This document shows positions 1-8,296 of a stretch of 64,000 bases of DNA, in pieces. The notes under the pieces are model-generated. The model was given only the letters and a program-made list of their open reading frames with translations. It was not told the origin of the DNA and did no database searches. The position numbers and the translations under genes are program-made. The stretch lies in contig JAWLHY010000007.1 in assembly GCA_041690135.1 (NCBI GenBank), forward strand, positions 160,001 through 224,000, given 5' to 3'. Position 1 is the first letter of the stretch. Each line of letters begins with the position of its first letter. This DNA comes from Armatimonadota bacterium. GTDB lineage: Bacteria; Armatimonadota; SYMT01.

Positions 1-634
1 AGATGGCTTCCGTTTCGGGGAAATCGGGGAAGCGAGACTCTTCCCAGCCGTGGATGCGGGCCAGGGCTCCCCGGGGGCCCGAGGCATCCACCACGAACCG
101 GGCCCGGTACGTCTCCGTCTGACCCTGCCGGGATCCCTTCAACTCCACGGAGAGGCCGTCTCGGTCCAACGTCTTCAGGTCGAACCGGTCCCGGTATTCT
201 GCTCCCAACTGCTGGGCTTCCCGCACCAGGAAGTGGTCGAACTCCGAGCGGTACCAATGCGTATCCGCGACAGCGTCGTTGGGAGAGGCGGCGACCAGGA
301 GCTGCCGATCGGGGCTCTCGGCCGGATCATTGGCTACCCCCTCGGGATGGTGATAGAAGCTGAACCCGCGCTTGAGGCCTACGGTCAGCTCCGGGTAGGC
401 GGTGCGCCAGGTCCCGTAGGCGGTGAGCGGGAGCAGGCGGGGCAGGTCGTATGTCCGGGCGATCTCTTCCAGCAGCAGGTTTGCCAACGGCGAGGTCGAT
501 TCTCCGATGGCAAAGCGAGGATGGCTGCCGCGCTCCAGCATCAGCACGCTCAAACCCAGGCGCCGGCCGATCATGCCCAGCAGCGAGCCGGCAAAGCCGG
601 TGCCCAAAACGACAAGGTCGAAAGCGTGCGTCAC
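1..634 (-). CDS. FAD-dependent halogenase-like oxidoreductase (PrnC/CtcP-type), 5' part; runs off the window edge
   Basis: Not in the ORF track; translated by hand from GTG 634, which overlaps the radical SAM TGA (GTGA): MTHAFDLVVLGTGFAGSLLG (GxGxxG) ... ERGSHPRFAIGESTSP ... GLKRGFSFYHH ... THWYRSEFDHFLVREA ... RFVVDASG. Frame is open to position 1. Confidence 0.8.
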   Translation of the reverse strand, partial: MTHAFDLVVLGTGFAGSLLGMIGRRLGLSVLMLERGSHPRFAIGESTSPLANLLLEEIARTYDLPRLLPLTAYGTWRTAYPELTVGLKRGFSFYHHPEGVANDPAESPDRQLLVAASPNDAVADTHWYRSEFDHFLVREAQQLGAEYRDRFDLKTLDRDGLSVELKGSRQGQTETYRARFVVDASGPRGALARIHGWEESRFPDFPETEAI

Positions 635-1614
635 GAGCAACTCCGGCACGTCACGGGATCGATGATTTCCTGGCGGGCATTCATGAACCGGAGGCGTTGG
701 GCCCGCCCCTCCGCGCACTCCGCACAGGTCGCGAACTGCTCCAGGTCCCAGAGGTCCGCGAGGACGCGCCCTGCCCCCAGGGAGAGCCCAAACTCGAGGG
801 CGGCCTCTACCGAGTGCAGGGTCGGAGGCGAGAACTCCCCATCAGCCTGTAACGCCTCCATGGCGCCGTTCCCTGCTCGGGTGGGGATGAGCGAGCAGGT
901 CTCCGCACCGCACTCGAAGGCAAACTCCAGCGAGCGCTTCGCCCACTCCACTCCTTCGGCCTCCGTCATCCACGGGGGGCGGACCAGTAGGAACACTCGG
1001 AGCGCGACCCCTTCCTGCTTCAGCTGCCGCGCCGACTTCCGGAACTGCTCCAGCGTCATCCGCTTGTTCAGCCGGTCCAGCACCACCGGATGGACCGTCT
1101 CCAGTCCCATGGCGATTTCCAGGCGAGGGCCGGTCCGACCACTCTCCGTCAGGAGGTCACGGAACCGCCACGTCCGGCGTCCGATGACTGCCGGGTGACA
1201 CTCCACAATAACGCGTTCGAAAGGCGCCGCCAGGGCGGCAATCTCCGCGTACTCCGCGGGGGGGATCGCCGCCGGGTCGAAGAAGCTGCCGGCGTTGTAC
1301 AGTTTGAGTTGTCGAGCCGGTTCCAGGCGTTCCAGCGCATACCGGATCTGCGCCGCGATTGCCCCGTCCGGAACTGTTCCCTCCAGCGTGTTCTGCCAGA
1401 GGTCGCACATCAGGCAGCGATACGGGCATTCCCGGTTCGTGAGCAGGACCGTGCCAATGGGGATTTCTCCGCCACCGAGATTCGGCTCCGTCTCGTTGAA
1501 GAACGCATAGGGAAGCCGCGGGTCCAGCCGGTTCCGCGGCCCCCGTCGCTCCAGGATCCAGCGATCCCGGTCACTTGCGTTCAAGTATCCCAGCGCTTGG
1601 TTGTAATTCGACAC
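631..1614 (-). CDS. Radical SAM protein, TIGR01210 / RaSEA (archaeosine synthase beta)-like
   Basis: CPYRCLMC (CX3CX2C), KLYNAGSFFDP, EIAMGLET, FLLVRPPW, PPTLHS, and C-terminal CAEC...CRSC. Confidence 0.85.
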   Translation of the reverse strand: MSNYNQALGYLNASDRDRWILERRGPRNRLDPRLPYAFFNETEPNLGGGEIPIGTVLLTNRECPYRCLMCDLWQNTLEGTVPDGAIAAQIRYALERLEPARQLKLYNAGSFFDPAAIPPAEYAEIAALAAPFERVIVECHPAVIGRRTWRFRDLLTESGRTGPRLEIAMGLETVHPVVLDRLNKRMTLEQFRKSARQLKQEGVALRVFLLVRPPWMTEAEGVEWAKRSLEFAFECGAETCSLIPTRAGNGAMEALQADGEFSPPTLHSVEAALEFGLSLGAGRVLADLWDLEQFATCAECAEGRAQRLRFMNARQEIIDPVTCRSCS

Positions 1615-1788
1615 AGAAGGACACAGAGACTACAGAAAGGACACAGAATTCGAATCGGCAGGTGTGTCTTGGAATGTTCGGCACCTTTCCCCATGGGGCT
1701 CTCCGGTGAGATTGGGGACCTTCGGTTTCCTCTCCATTGTTCGGAATCTGTGTTCCCTCTCGTCCACTCTGTGTCCCTCTGTGTCGAA
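1607..1788. repeat. About 180 bp intergenic element bounded by imperfect inverted repeats built from ACACAGA units
   Basis: tcgacacagaaggacacagag (1608-1628) versus ctctgtgtccctctgtgtcga (1767-1787), 20/21 complementary; inner pair 1641-1654 / 1740-1753. Confidence 0.7.
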
Positions 1789-1791
1789 GAA

Positions 1792-3171
1792 TCATCCAGC
1801 CCCGGCGGGGATGTAGTTGCCGGAGAGGCGTTCGGCTTCCGGGTCCCAGGCGGTGCTCAGGCGCTCCTCCCACTGGCGCAAGAAGACACGACGGCACCAG
1901 GCTTTGCTGACCCGCCAGGCCCGGTAAGATTCGCCGGCGCCCTGCTGGAAGCGGCGCTTGGGAAAGACCGGCATCCGGGCTCCGGTGACCGCTTCGATGC
2001 CCGCCCGTACTACTTCCGATTTCAGGTGGTAAAGCCGTTCGGCACTCCCCTCGATGAGTTGTTCGAACGGAATGGCCAGGGAGGCCGCGATAGCACTGCG
2101 GGTGGTGAAGGGGCTGAAGGCGGTGAACCCGGTGGCGCGGGCCGGAGCGTACGTGCGCACATAGGCCCGCGAGAGCCCGCCCGAATAGGTGAGGCTATGC
2201 TTGATGGCTTCGATGCCCCAGCCTTCCTGGTAGAGCAGCGGGTTCCGGAGCACGCTGGAGATCGTGAGGTCGGAATCTTCCAGGGGGTACGACTTGAGGT
2301 TTTCGTCGCCGCCGTCGCCGTCCAGGAGATAACGCAGCGAGGGGTACCGCTCGCGGATGGCATTCAACAGGAGCAGGCTGGCCGCGGCGCACTCCACGTC
2401 GAGCGGGTGATAGTCCTCGAGGATGCGGATGGTGCCCTCCAGGTCCGGGCGCGCGCCTTCGAGCCGGCAGACTTCCCAGGTATGTTCCAGGCCCAGTTCC
2501 CGGACGAACCGCTCGGCCTGCGCGGCATCTTCCCCGCCGCCGAGGTCCAGGGTGAACGCCCGCACCAGGTCCGGATTGCGTCCCAGTTCCGCCATGGCCC
2601 GACGGGCCAGCAGGAGCATCGCACCGCTGTCGACACCCCCTGAAAACAAAACGGCGACCGCTTCACCTTCGGGAACGCTGCGCAGCCATTCACGGGCCGA
2701 AGCGTAAGCGGCCTCAACATACGCGGTTCCCAGGGTCGGGATGTCGGCCGGCCCCTGGGCGATCGGCGGGTTGAAGAACCGGTGATAGCGCGGGTTCGGG
2801 TCCGGACAGCCGATCTGATCGATCTCCACCAGATAGTGGGCCGGAATCATCCGGGTGTAGAGGGGATCGAACTGCCAGCCGATCTTCTGCTCGCAGCAGT
2901 ATTCGTACAGCCGGTCGATGCGGTCCGCGACGACTAGGTACGGACCGTGAAACATCTTTGCCACGAAGTAGCGGAGGGGCAACCCGATGGTCCGCGCCAG
3001 CCGCACCGTCTGTCCGTCGCGGGCTACGGCGGCGAAATGGCCGTCCGTCCGCTCCAGCCGGGTGATGTCCCCCTCGTGCACTGCTGCCGCGATCTCTTCC
3101 GCGGTCGCGCCGACCAATCCGGAGACCCGCGGCCCGTCCAGGTCGACCAGTCGTTCCACTCCCATCAGCAT
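1792..3171 (-). CDS. Asparagine synthase-related N-type ATP pyrophosphatase with a degenerate glutaminase domain
   Basis: PP-loop LFSGGVDS, LDGDGGDE, FSPFT; GAGGAG upstream favours ATG 3171; no Cys after the initiator Met. Confidence 0.85.
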   Translation of the reverse strand: MLMGVERLVDLDGPRVSGLVGATAEEIAAAVHEGDITRLERTDGHFAAVARDGQTVRLARTIGLPLRYFVAKMFHGPYLVVADRIDRLYEYCCEQKIGWQFDPLYTRMIPAHYLVEIDQIGCPDPNPRYHRFFNPPIAQGPADIPTLGTAYVEAAYASAREWLRSVPEGEAVAVLFSGGVDSGAMLLLARRAMAELGRNPDLVRAFTLDLGGGEDAAQAERFVRELGLEHTWEVCRLEGARPDLEGTIRILEDYHPLDVECAAASLLLLNAIRERYPSLRYLLDGDGGDENLKSYPLEDSDLTISSVLRNPLLYQEGWGIEAIKHSLTYSGGLSRAYVRTYAPARATGFTAFSPFTTRSAIAASLAIPFEQLIEGSAERLYHLKSEVVRAGIEAVTGARMPVFPKRRFQQGAGESYRAWRVSKAWCRRVFLRQWEERLSTAWDPEAERLSGNYIPAGAG

Positions 3172-3451
3172 GGCATTCTTCTCCTCGGCGATGGCTCTCA
3201 CACCCTTCAGCAATTCTACGGAACTCCGGCAGTCCCGGAGATGAAAGCTTTTTAAGCTCCGCGCGCGAAGACTTATCTCATGGCGCCGGACTGTTGCCCC
3301 GCAATTCCTTTCCCGTGCTGCCGAGTTGATGTGAGCCGCCTACCGGTAATGCGGCACACGCAACCGCCCAGACTTCGTATCCGGTTTTGGTGAAGGAGCG
3401 GGGAGCTGCAGGCGGGGAACTAACCAGCATAACGGGGAAGGGAGCGGGCAC

Positions 3452-4531
3452 ATGGATCGACGGCAAGTGTTGTGGGTAGGCCTGGCCGGGATCGGGACCG
3501 TGCTGGCGGGGTGCGGCGGCCCGGAGGGAGAGGGGGCTACCGGTACAACCCCGGCGTCCGGCAGTGCATTGAAGCTAGGAATGGTGACTGATACGGGCGG
3601 CATCGGCGACCAGTCGTTCAACATGATGGCGTGGCGTGGCCTCGAGCGCGCGAAGCAGGAGTTGGAGGCGGAAACCACGCTGGCAGAGTCGTCGCAGGTC
3701 TCCGACTACACCCCTAACCTCCAGCGCCTGGCCGAGCGGGGTTGCAAGGTGATCTTCGCCGTGGGGTTCGCCCTGGAAAAGGCCGTGGGAGAAGTGGCTC
3801 CTCGCTATCCGGACACCCGTTTCGTCCTGATCGACGTTGAGGGGCCGAAGCTGGACAACGTCGCCGGGCTGGTGTTCCGCGAAGAAGAAGGCGCCTATCT
3901 GGCGGGCGCCCTGGCCGGCGGCATGAGCCGGTCCGGTAAACTCGGCTTCGTCGGCGGGATGGAGATTCCGCTCATCAAGCGGTTCGAGGCGGGTTATCGT
4001 GCGGGCGCCCGGACTCTTAATCCGGCTACCACGGTGGAGGCGAAGTACACCAACAACTGGGTCGATGTGGCGAAGGGCAAGGAGCTGGCGCTCTCGCTCT
4101 TCGGAGGCGGCGCGGATATCGTGTTCCATGCCTCCGGCGCCTGCGGTCGCGGGGTGATCGAGGCCGCGAAAGAAAAGGGAGACGGCTACTGGGCCATCGG
4201 CGTCGACGCGGATCAGGACCACCTGGGCACCGCGGACCCGGAGCATCCGGAGCCTCCCTCCCGCGTGCTCACCAGCATGATGAAGCGAGTGGACAACGTC
4301 GTCTTCGCGATCTGCAAGGAGTCCGCCACCGGCTCCTTCGCCGCCGGTCCCCGGGTCTTCGGCGTGAAGGAAGAGGGTGTGGGGCTCTCGCCGATGACCT
4401 ACACCAAAGAGGCGGTACCGGCGGAGTTGCTCGCACGGGTGGAAGTGCTGCGGACCATGATCGCGGACGGACAGCTCAAGCCGCCCCGTTCCCTGGGGGA
4501 ACTGGAGACCTGGAAGGCCCCGTCGGTTTAA
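3452..4531 (+). CDS. BMP family (PnrA/TmpC-like) substrate-binding lipoprotein
   Basis: Lipobox LAGC; GGIGDQSFN, FREEEGAYLAG, AIGVDADQ, TSMMKRVD. Confidence 0.92.
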   Translation: MDRRQVLWVGLAGIGTVLAGCGGPEGEGATGTTPASGSALKLGMVTDTGGIGDQSFNMMAWRGLERAKQELEAETTLAESSQVSDYTPNLQRLAERGCKVIFAVGFALEKAVGEVAPRYPDTRFVLIDVEGPKLDNVAGLVFREEEGAYLAGALAGGMSRSGKLGFVGGMEIPLIKRFEAGYRAGARTLNPATTVEAKYTNNWVDVAKGKELALSLFGGGADIVFHASGACGRGVIEAAKEKGDGYWAIGVDADQDHLGTADPEHPEPPSRVLTSMMKRVDNVVFAICKESATGSFAAGPRVFGVKEEGVGLSPMTYTKEAVPAELLARVEVLRTMIADGQLKPPRSLGELETWKAPSV

Positions 4532-4625
4532 CCCTCAAAGCTTTTTTGCGGAAGAATGGAACATTCTCCGTTCCGCTCTCCGTCAAACCAAATGCGTTCC
4601 GGGAAATACCCGAGCCGTAGGTCTA

Positions 4626-4672
4626 GCCACCTCGCCCGCCCTTCGGCGGATTACGGGGTGGCATTTTTTTTT
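4626..4672 (+). terminator. Rho-independent terminator downstream of the BMP gene
   Basis: Stem gccacctcg...cggggtggc followed by a 9-T run; lies between convergent genes. Confidence 0.7.
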
Positions 4673-4674
4673 GC

Positions 4675-4974
4675 TTATTGCCCGGAAGCCTGGCGGGGGG
4701 CAGCCTCGTAGTAGGCTTCTTCCAGGGTGGGTGGGCGCGTCGCGGGGTAGCGCAACTTCCACAGCCAGCCGTAGACCCACCGGTACACGGGGGGGCCGTT
4801 GAGCCCCGTGCTGTAGCGTCGCCCACACTCCGGGCACACACTATACAACACGAGCGTGCGTTTGCGCCGGCCACCGTTGGTAATGATGAGCCCGCGGCCG
4901 CGCCAGTAGTACGTGCTGGGAATCGCCAGCTCGCATCGGGGACAGTAGGTGACAGCCTCTTCCGGGTACGACAT
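4675..4974 (-). CDS. Small hypothetical protein with two CxxC motifs (zinc-ribbon-like)
   Basis: YCPRC ... VCPECG; start moved to ATG 4974. Confidence 0.6.
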   Translation of the reverse strand: MSYPEEAVTYCPRCELAIPSTYYWRGRGLIITNGGRRKRTLVLYSVCPECGRRYSTGLNGPPVYRWVYGWLWKLRYPATRPPTLEEAYYEAAPRQASGQ

Positions 4975-5049
4975 CGTACTACTATTATCGAGACTTCCCG
5001 GGCCGAGTCGCTGTCCCATCGTGCGCGGAATTGTGGACTTTGTGTGGCG

Positions 5050-6036
5050 TCAGGCCCCGCCTCGCGCCGGTGGGTTGCGGGCGATGGAGATACTGCGCTT
5101 GTTGATGACCTTCTGCGACACCACCCGCAGGGGACCGGGCAACGCCCCCGAGTTCAGCACCACGGCCATGTAGCCGGCCTCGTCCGGACCGCTTAAGGTC
5201 AGGTTCACATCCAGGGTGTCGTCGGGATTGCTCGGCAAAGGTGCCGCAGAGATGCCTGGCAAGGCGGCGGGGGAAGGGGGAGGTGTTGCACCTGGCTTCC
5301 CCTTTTTTTCTTTCTTCGGGCGGGGCGGCCGGGCCAGGGCAGTGACGCCCTGCATCTGACCGTCCAAGACGATCGCCACGAGTTGTGGTTTCCGCGAGAA
5401 GGAGCGGATACGTCGTGCCGCCTTCTCCGTTAGATGGATACGCATCGTGGCCAGCGTGCCCCTGCCGGAAGGTTGGACCGAATCCGGTTCGAAATCGCCC
5501 GTGTCCAGCACCACCGGGCAGCGCTTCAGGACGGCTTCCGTGGGGATGATCCGGGAACTCTTCAGGTCGCGAAAGCGGAGCTGCGAATCTCCCTGGATAG
5601 TCCGAACATCGAGAGCAATCCGGCCGTTCTCGTTAAACGAGGTCCTTACGTCTTCAAGATGCCGGACTTCCAGCCGGCCCGCGGTGCACAGCACCTTGAG
5701 CTGGAGCTCGTCTACTCGCACGGAAGGCACCCACATGGTGAGGTTCTCCAGGCTCCGCGCCACTACCGTGCCGTCCTTGGAGCCGAAAATCGCCAGGCGA
5801 CGCTTGAGTACCTCCTCAACCTGCTTGAGGTCCACTTTCTTTAGCCGTTGCGGGTTGGCGCGCGTGCGATCCACCGCCAGCCGGATCTCGGTGACGAACT
5901 CATCCGGCTCCTGGGTCTTCCCCCCCGGCTCTTGCGCCTGGCCGCCCGCCGTTCCTCCGGCCAGCACCAGCAGCAACCCGATCCCGATCCCGCGTCGGGA
6001 TACTCTCAGTCCGGACCCCGCGTTGGCTCGTTTCAT
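5050..6036 (-). CDS. Secreted protein resembling the SecD periplasmic P1 domain, without the SecD membrane domain
   Basis: Signal peptide; VEEVLKRRL, AGRLEVR, VAIVLDG and VVLNSGALPGPLRVV match SecD P1 hallmarks. Confidence 0.65.
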   Translation of the reverse strand: MKRANAGSGLRVSRRGIGIGLLLVLAGGTAGGQAQEPGGKTQEPDEFVTEIRLAVDRTRANPQRLKKVDLKQVEEVLKRRLAIFGSKDGTVVARSLENLTMWVPSVRVDELQLKVLCTAGRLEVRHLEDVRTSFNENGRIALDVRTIQGDSQLRFRDLKSSRIIPTEAVLKRCPVVLDTGDFEPDSVQPSGRGTLATMRIHLTEKAARRIRSFSRKPQLVAIVLDGQMQGVTALARPPRPKKEKKGKPGATPPPSPAALPGISAAPLPSNPDDTLDVNLTLSGPDEAGYMAVVLNSGALPGPLRVVSQKVINKRSISIARNPPARGGA

Positions 6037-6163
6037 GGCAGCACGCTCCTCCCTTACCGCATAGTCGGTCGCCCTTCCAGTCTGTTTGACTATTGTTCGT
6101 CCTGAGGAAAAGCGTAGTCACGAACCGGCCGCTGCGTGGTTTGGGGGGATACAGACCGGAAGG

Positions 6164-7191
6164 CTAGGAGCGTGGCGCCGAGGAGTGGCCCGTCGTGCAG
6201 AATCGGAACTTGACCCTGCCGCTTCGCAGGTCGAAGCCTTCCGCGTAGGTCCCAAAGGTGCCTTCGCCGAAGACCGTCACGTCGGCATCGTCCACCTGCA
6301 GCGTCGCGAATTGGCTGGCCTGTCCGACGTAGGTCCTGAAGCCGTGACCCCAACCATCCTGCTGCCACTGGATTCGACCGTCGGAGTTCCTTAACCGGGT
6401 GACCCGCAGGGAACCAGGAACGTTGGCCAGATACGACAGGACAAAGCAACCTTCGTCATGCAGCACGGGATAGAACACGGTGATGTCGGAGGCCCTACTT
6501 CCCGGAAAAGGTAGTAAGCTCTTGAACCGCTCCGCGGAGATCTCGACCTGTCGCCCCTCCTGGACGATTGCGATACGCCCGGCGCTGGTCCGAATCGTGG
6601 TCGGAACGGGGCCGGCATAATAGTCGCGGCGGCCGAGTGAAGCGTTCCACCCGGGAATCGTCAGGGCCGTGGCGGAGTTGAGAGGGTCGATGACAGAGGG
6701 GTCTCCGGCCGGGCTGCGCGTTTCCCGTTCCAGGGCTCGGACCCACCACTCGGGCGGGGTAACTCCACTGCGCCCTTCAAAGAAGCCGGTGAAACCCGCA
6801 ACGCGCTCGCGCGCGAGAGAGGTGTGGGGCGGTTCCGACCAGTCCTTCGTCATTGACTCGCGGGAGCCGGTGTCCCAGGCACTTCGCAATGCGAGGGAAG
6901 GTTGGGATGGTGGCGCAGCCTACGCGCGGCGTCGCCTCCCGCATCGCGCAGTTGTCGATAGGCGGTGTCGAAGCGGTAGGCACCTGAAGCGGAACGGATT
7001 GCAGCGGTAGCCTGCTTGATAAGACCGTCAACCGGCTGTGGAGCCGCCGTCGCAGCGCAAGCGACGGCCAGGAGCGCCCCCACTGCGCCGATCGATCTCC
7101 CGCGCGTCGGCCCCGCCGCAGTGCGGGACCGCGTTATCCGACCCAACGCGATTGGGGCGTTGGCAACTCGGTCCCACTCTGCAATTCTCAT
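6164..7191 (-). pseudogene. Secreted hypothetical protein split by a probable 1-nt deletion near 6900
   Basis: ORF 6850..7251 (signal peptide ... RLRHHPN) and ORF 6164..6889 join as HPNPSLALRSAW if one C is restored in AACCTTCC. Confidence 0.5.
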
Positions 7192-7676
7192 TGAACCCCT
7201 TCGGAATTCTGCCGGCGTTGGTCCGGCGCATGGCTGCCTCCAAACTACCATGGATCGCGTTCAGTCGATAGGGAATTGTGTGTAGTTTTGTGTAGCAAGC
7301 GACCAGGAGTTTTGTGGATTGTGTGTATTCTGTGCATAGGGTGCTGGCCTAACGCCAACGCCCGGGCCGTGCAGGGTTCAGGATGTTACACCGGTTACCG
7401 TGAATGAGCTCCGGCCCTGCGCCGGGCAAGGGTCAAGAATCAGTTCTGGTAATCAGGATTCGATTTGGGACCATGCCCGGAGTCCCCGAGATATCGGGGT
7501 CTTGCAGAAAGCTCTTGCCCTTCGCCAATCCCCAATCCGGGCGCGACGGGCCGAGATCGCTTGCGAGACTGGCAGATCTGCTCATTGCGCAGGTGAGTTG
7601 CCGGCGCGGAGGTTGAGCGGAAGCCGGTGCTGAGACATCCCTTTCGGCATTCTAACACCCAAGGATGCCCGACTGC

Positions 7677-8222
7677 TCAGGGGCTACTGAGGTCTCCAAT
7701 CTGGTCTCGCTTCGGGTTCTGAGATCGTTGATCTGGAGTGAACCGGTCAAGCTGCGAACCTATGAGGGTTTGGTAATCGGACAATCTGGACGGTCCCTTC
7801 ACGACCAGGTAACCAGACTCCGACCAGGTAAAGACATGTAACTCCAGCCCTGTCTTTTGCACCTTGCATTTCTGGCGCAATTTGAGCTCGCAAAAGAGCA
7901 CATTCTCTCCCGTGGCCATGGGTGGCAACTGGGTGATGGCAACGTGAAGCAGAGGTCGGTTTTCGCCACCAATCCTTTCCGCCGGATTGATGTCTGCCTG
8001 TTTCAGCTTGCTTTCGATGAACTGATTGAGTTCACGGTGGAAGGGTGTGTTGACGGAGCCCCGATTCGTCGAGATAGACACTACAACTCCGTTGATACCT
8101 CGAAGACTCAACGCTGCGCTTGTTGGGATGGTCGCCTGGGCGCTTGCTGTGATGAACACAATGGTGAACAGGCCCACCCAGCCTGCTATGTGGACCCAAG
8201 TGGTGCGAGAGTTTTTCAACAT
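7677..8222 (-). CDS. Secreted hypothetical protein, lower GC than flanks
   Basis: ATG 8222 begins MLKNSRTTWVHIAGWVGLFTIVFITASAQA (signal peptide); the upstream part of the long ORF is a shadow of the HAF gene. Confidence 0.6.
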   Translation of the reverse strand: MLKNSRTTWVHIAGWVGLFTIVFITASAQATIPTSAALSLRGINGVVVSISTNRGSVNTPFHRELNQFIESKLKQADINPAERIGGENRPLLHVAITQLPPMATGENVLFCELKLRQKCKVQKTGLELHVFTWSESGYLVVKGPSRLSDYQTLIGSQLDRFTPDQRSQNPKRDQIGDLSSP

Positions 8223-8296
8223 GTTTCGAGCTCCATTCAGAACAGTTCTCACGCACGGTAGGTGCATGATCAGGGGGCTGTTCGGTGAGCCCGCCC

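Noticed and set aside
50-2643. Long plus-strand ORFs 50..1198 and 1090..2643, and similar long antisense ORFs such as 16415..18292, 18864..20003 and 27126..28451
   Set aside because: These are shadow frames opposite well-supported genes in high-GC DNA and carry no protein motifs.
1792-3171. Lasso peptide cyclase interpretation of the Asn-synthase-like gene
   Set aside because: No B1/RRE, B2 peptidase or precursor peptide is visible nearby. The operon is cut by the window edge, so this is not fully excluded.
3214-3451. Purine or other riboswitch upstream of the BMP gene
   Set aside because: No recognisable aptamer consensus by eye; an Rfam scan would be needed.
7436-7470. CTGGTAATCAG resembling a tRNA-Thr anticodon arm or att site
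   Set aside because: The match is too short, no cloverleaf or T arm follows, and no second copy was seen.
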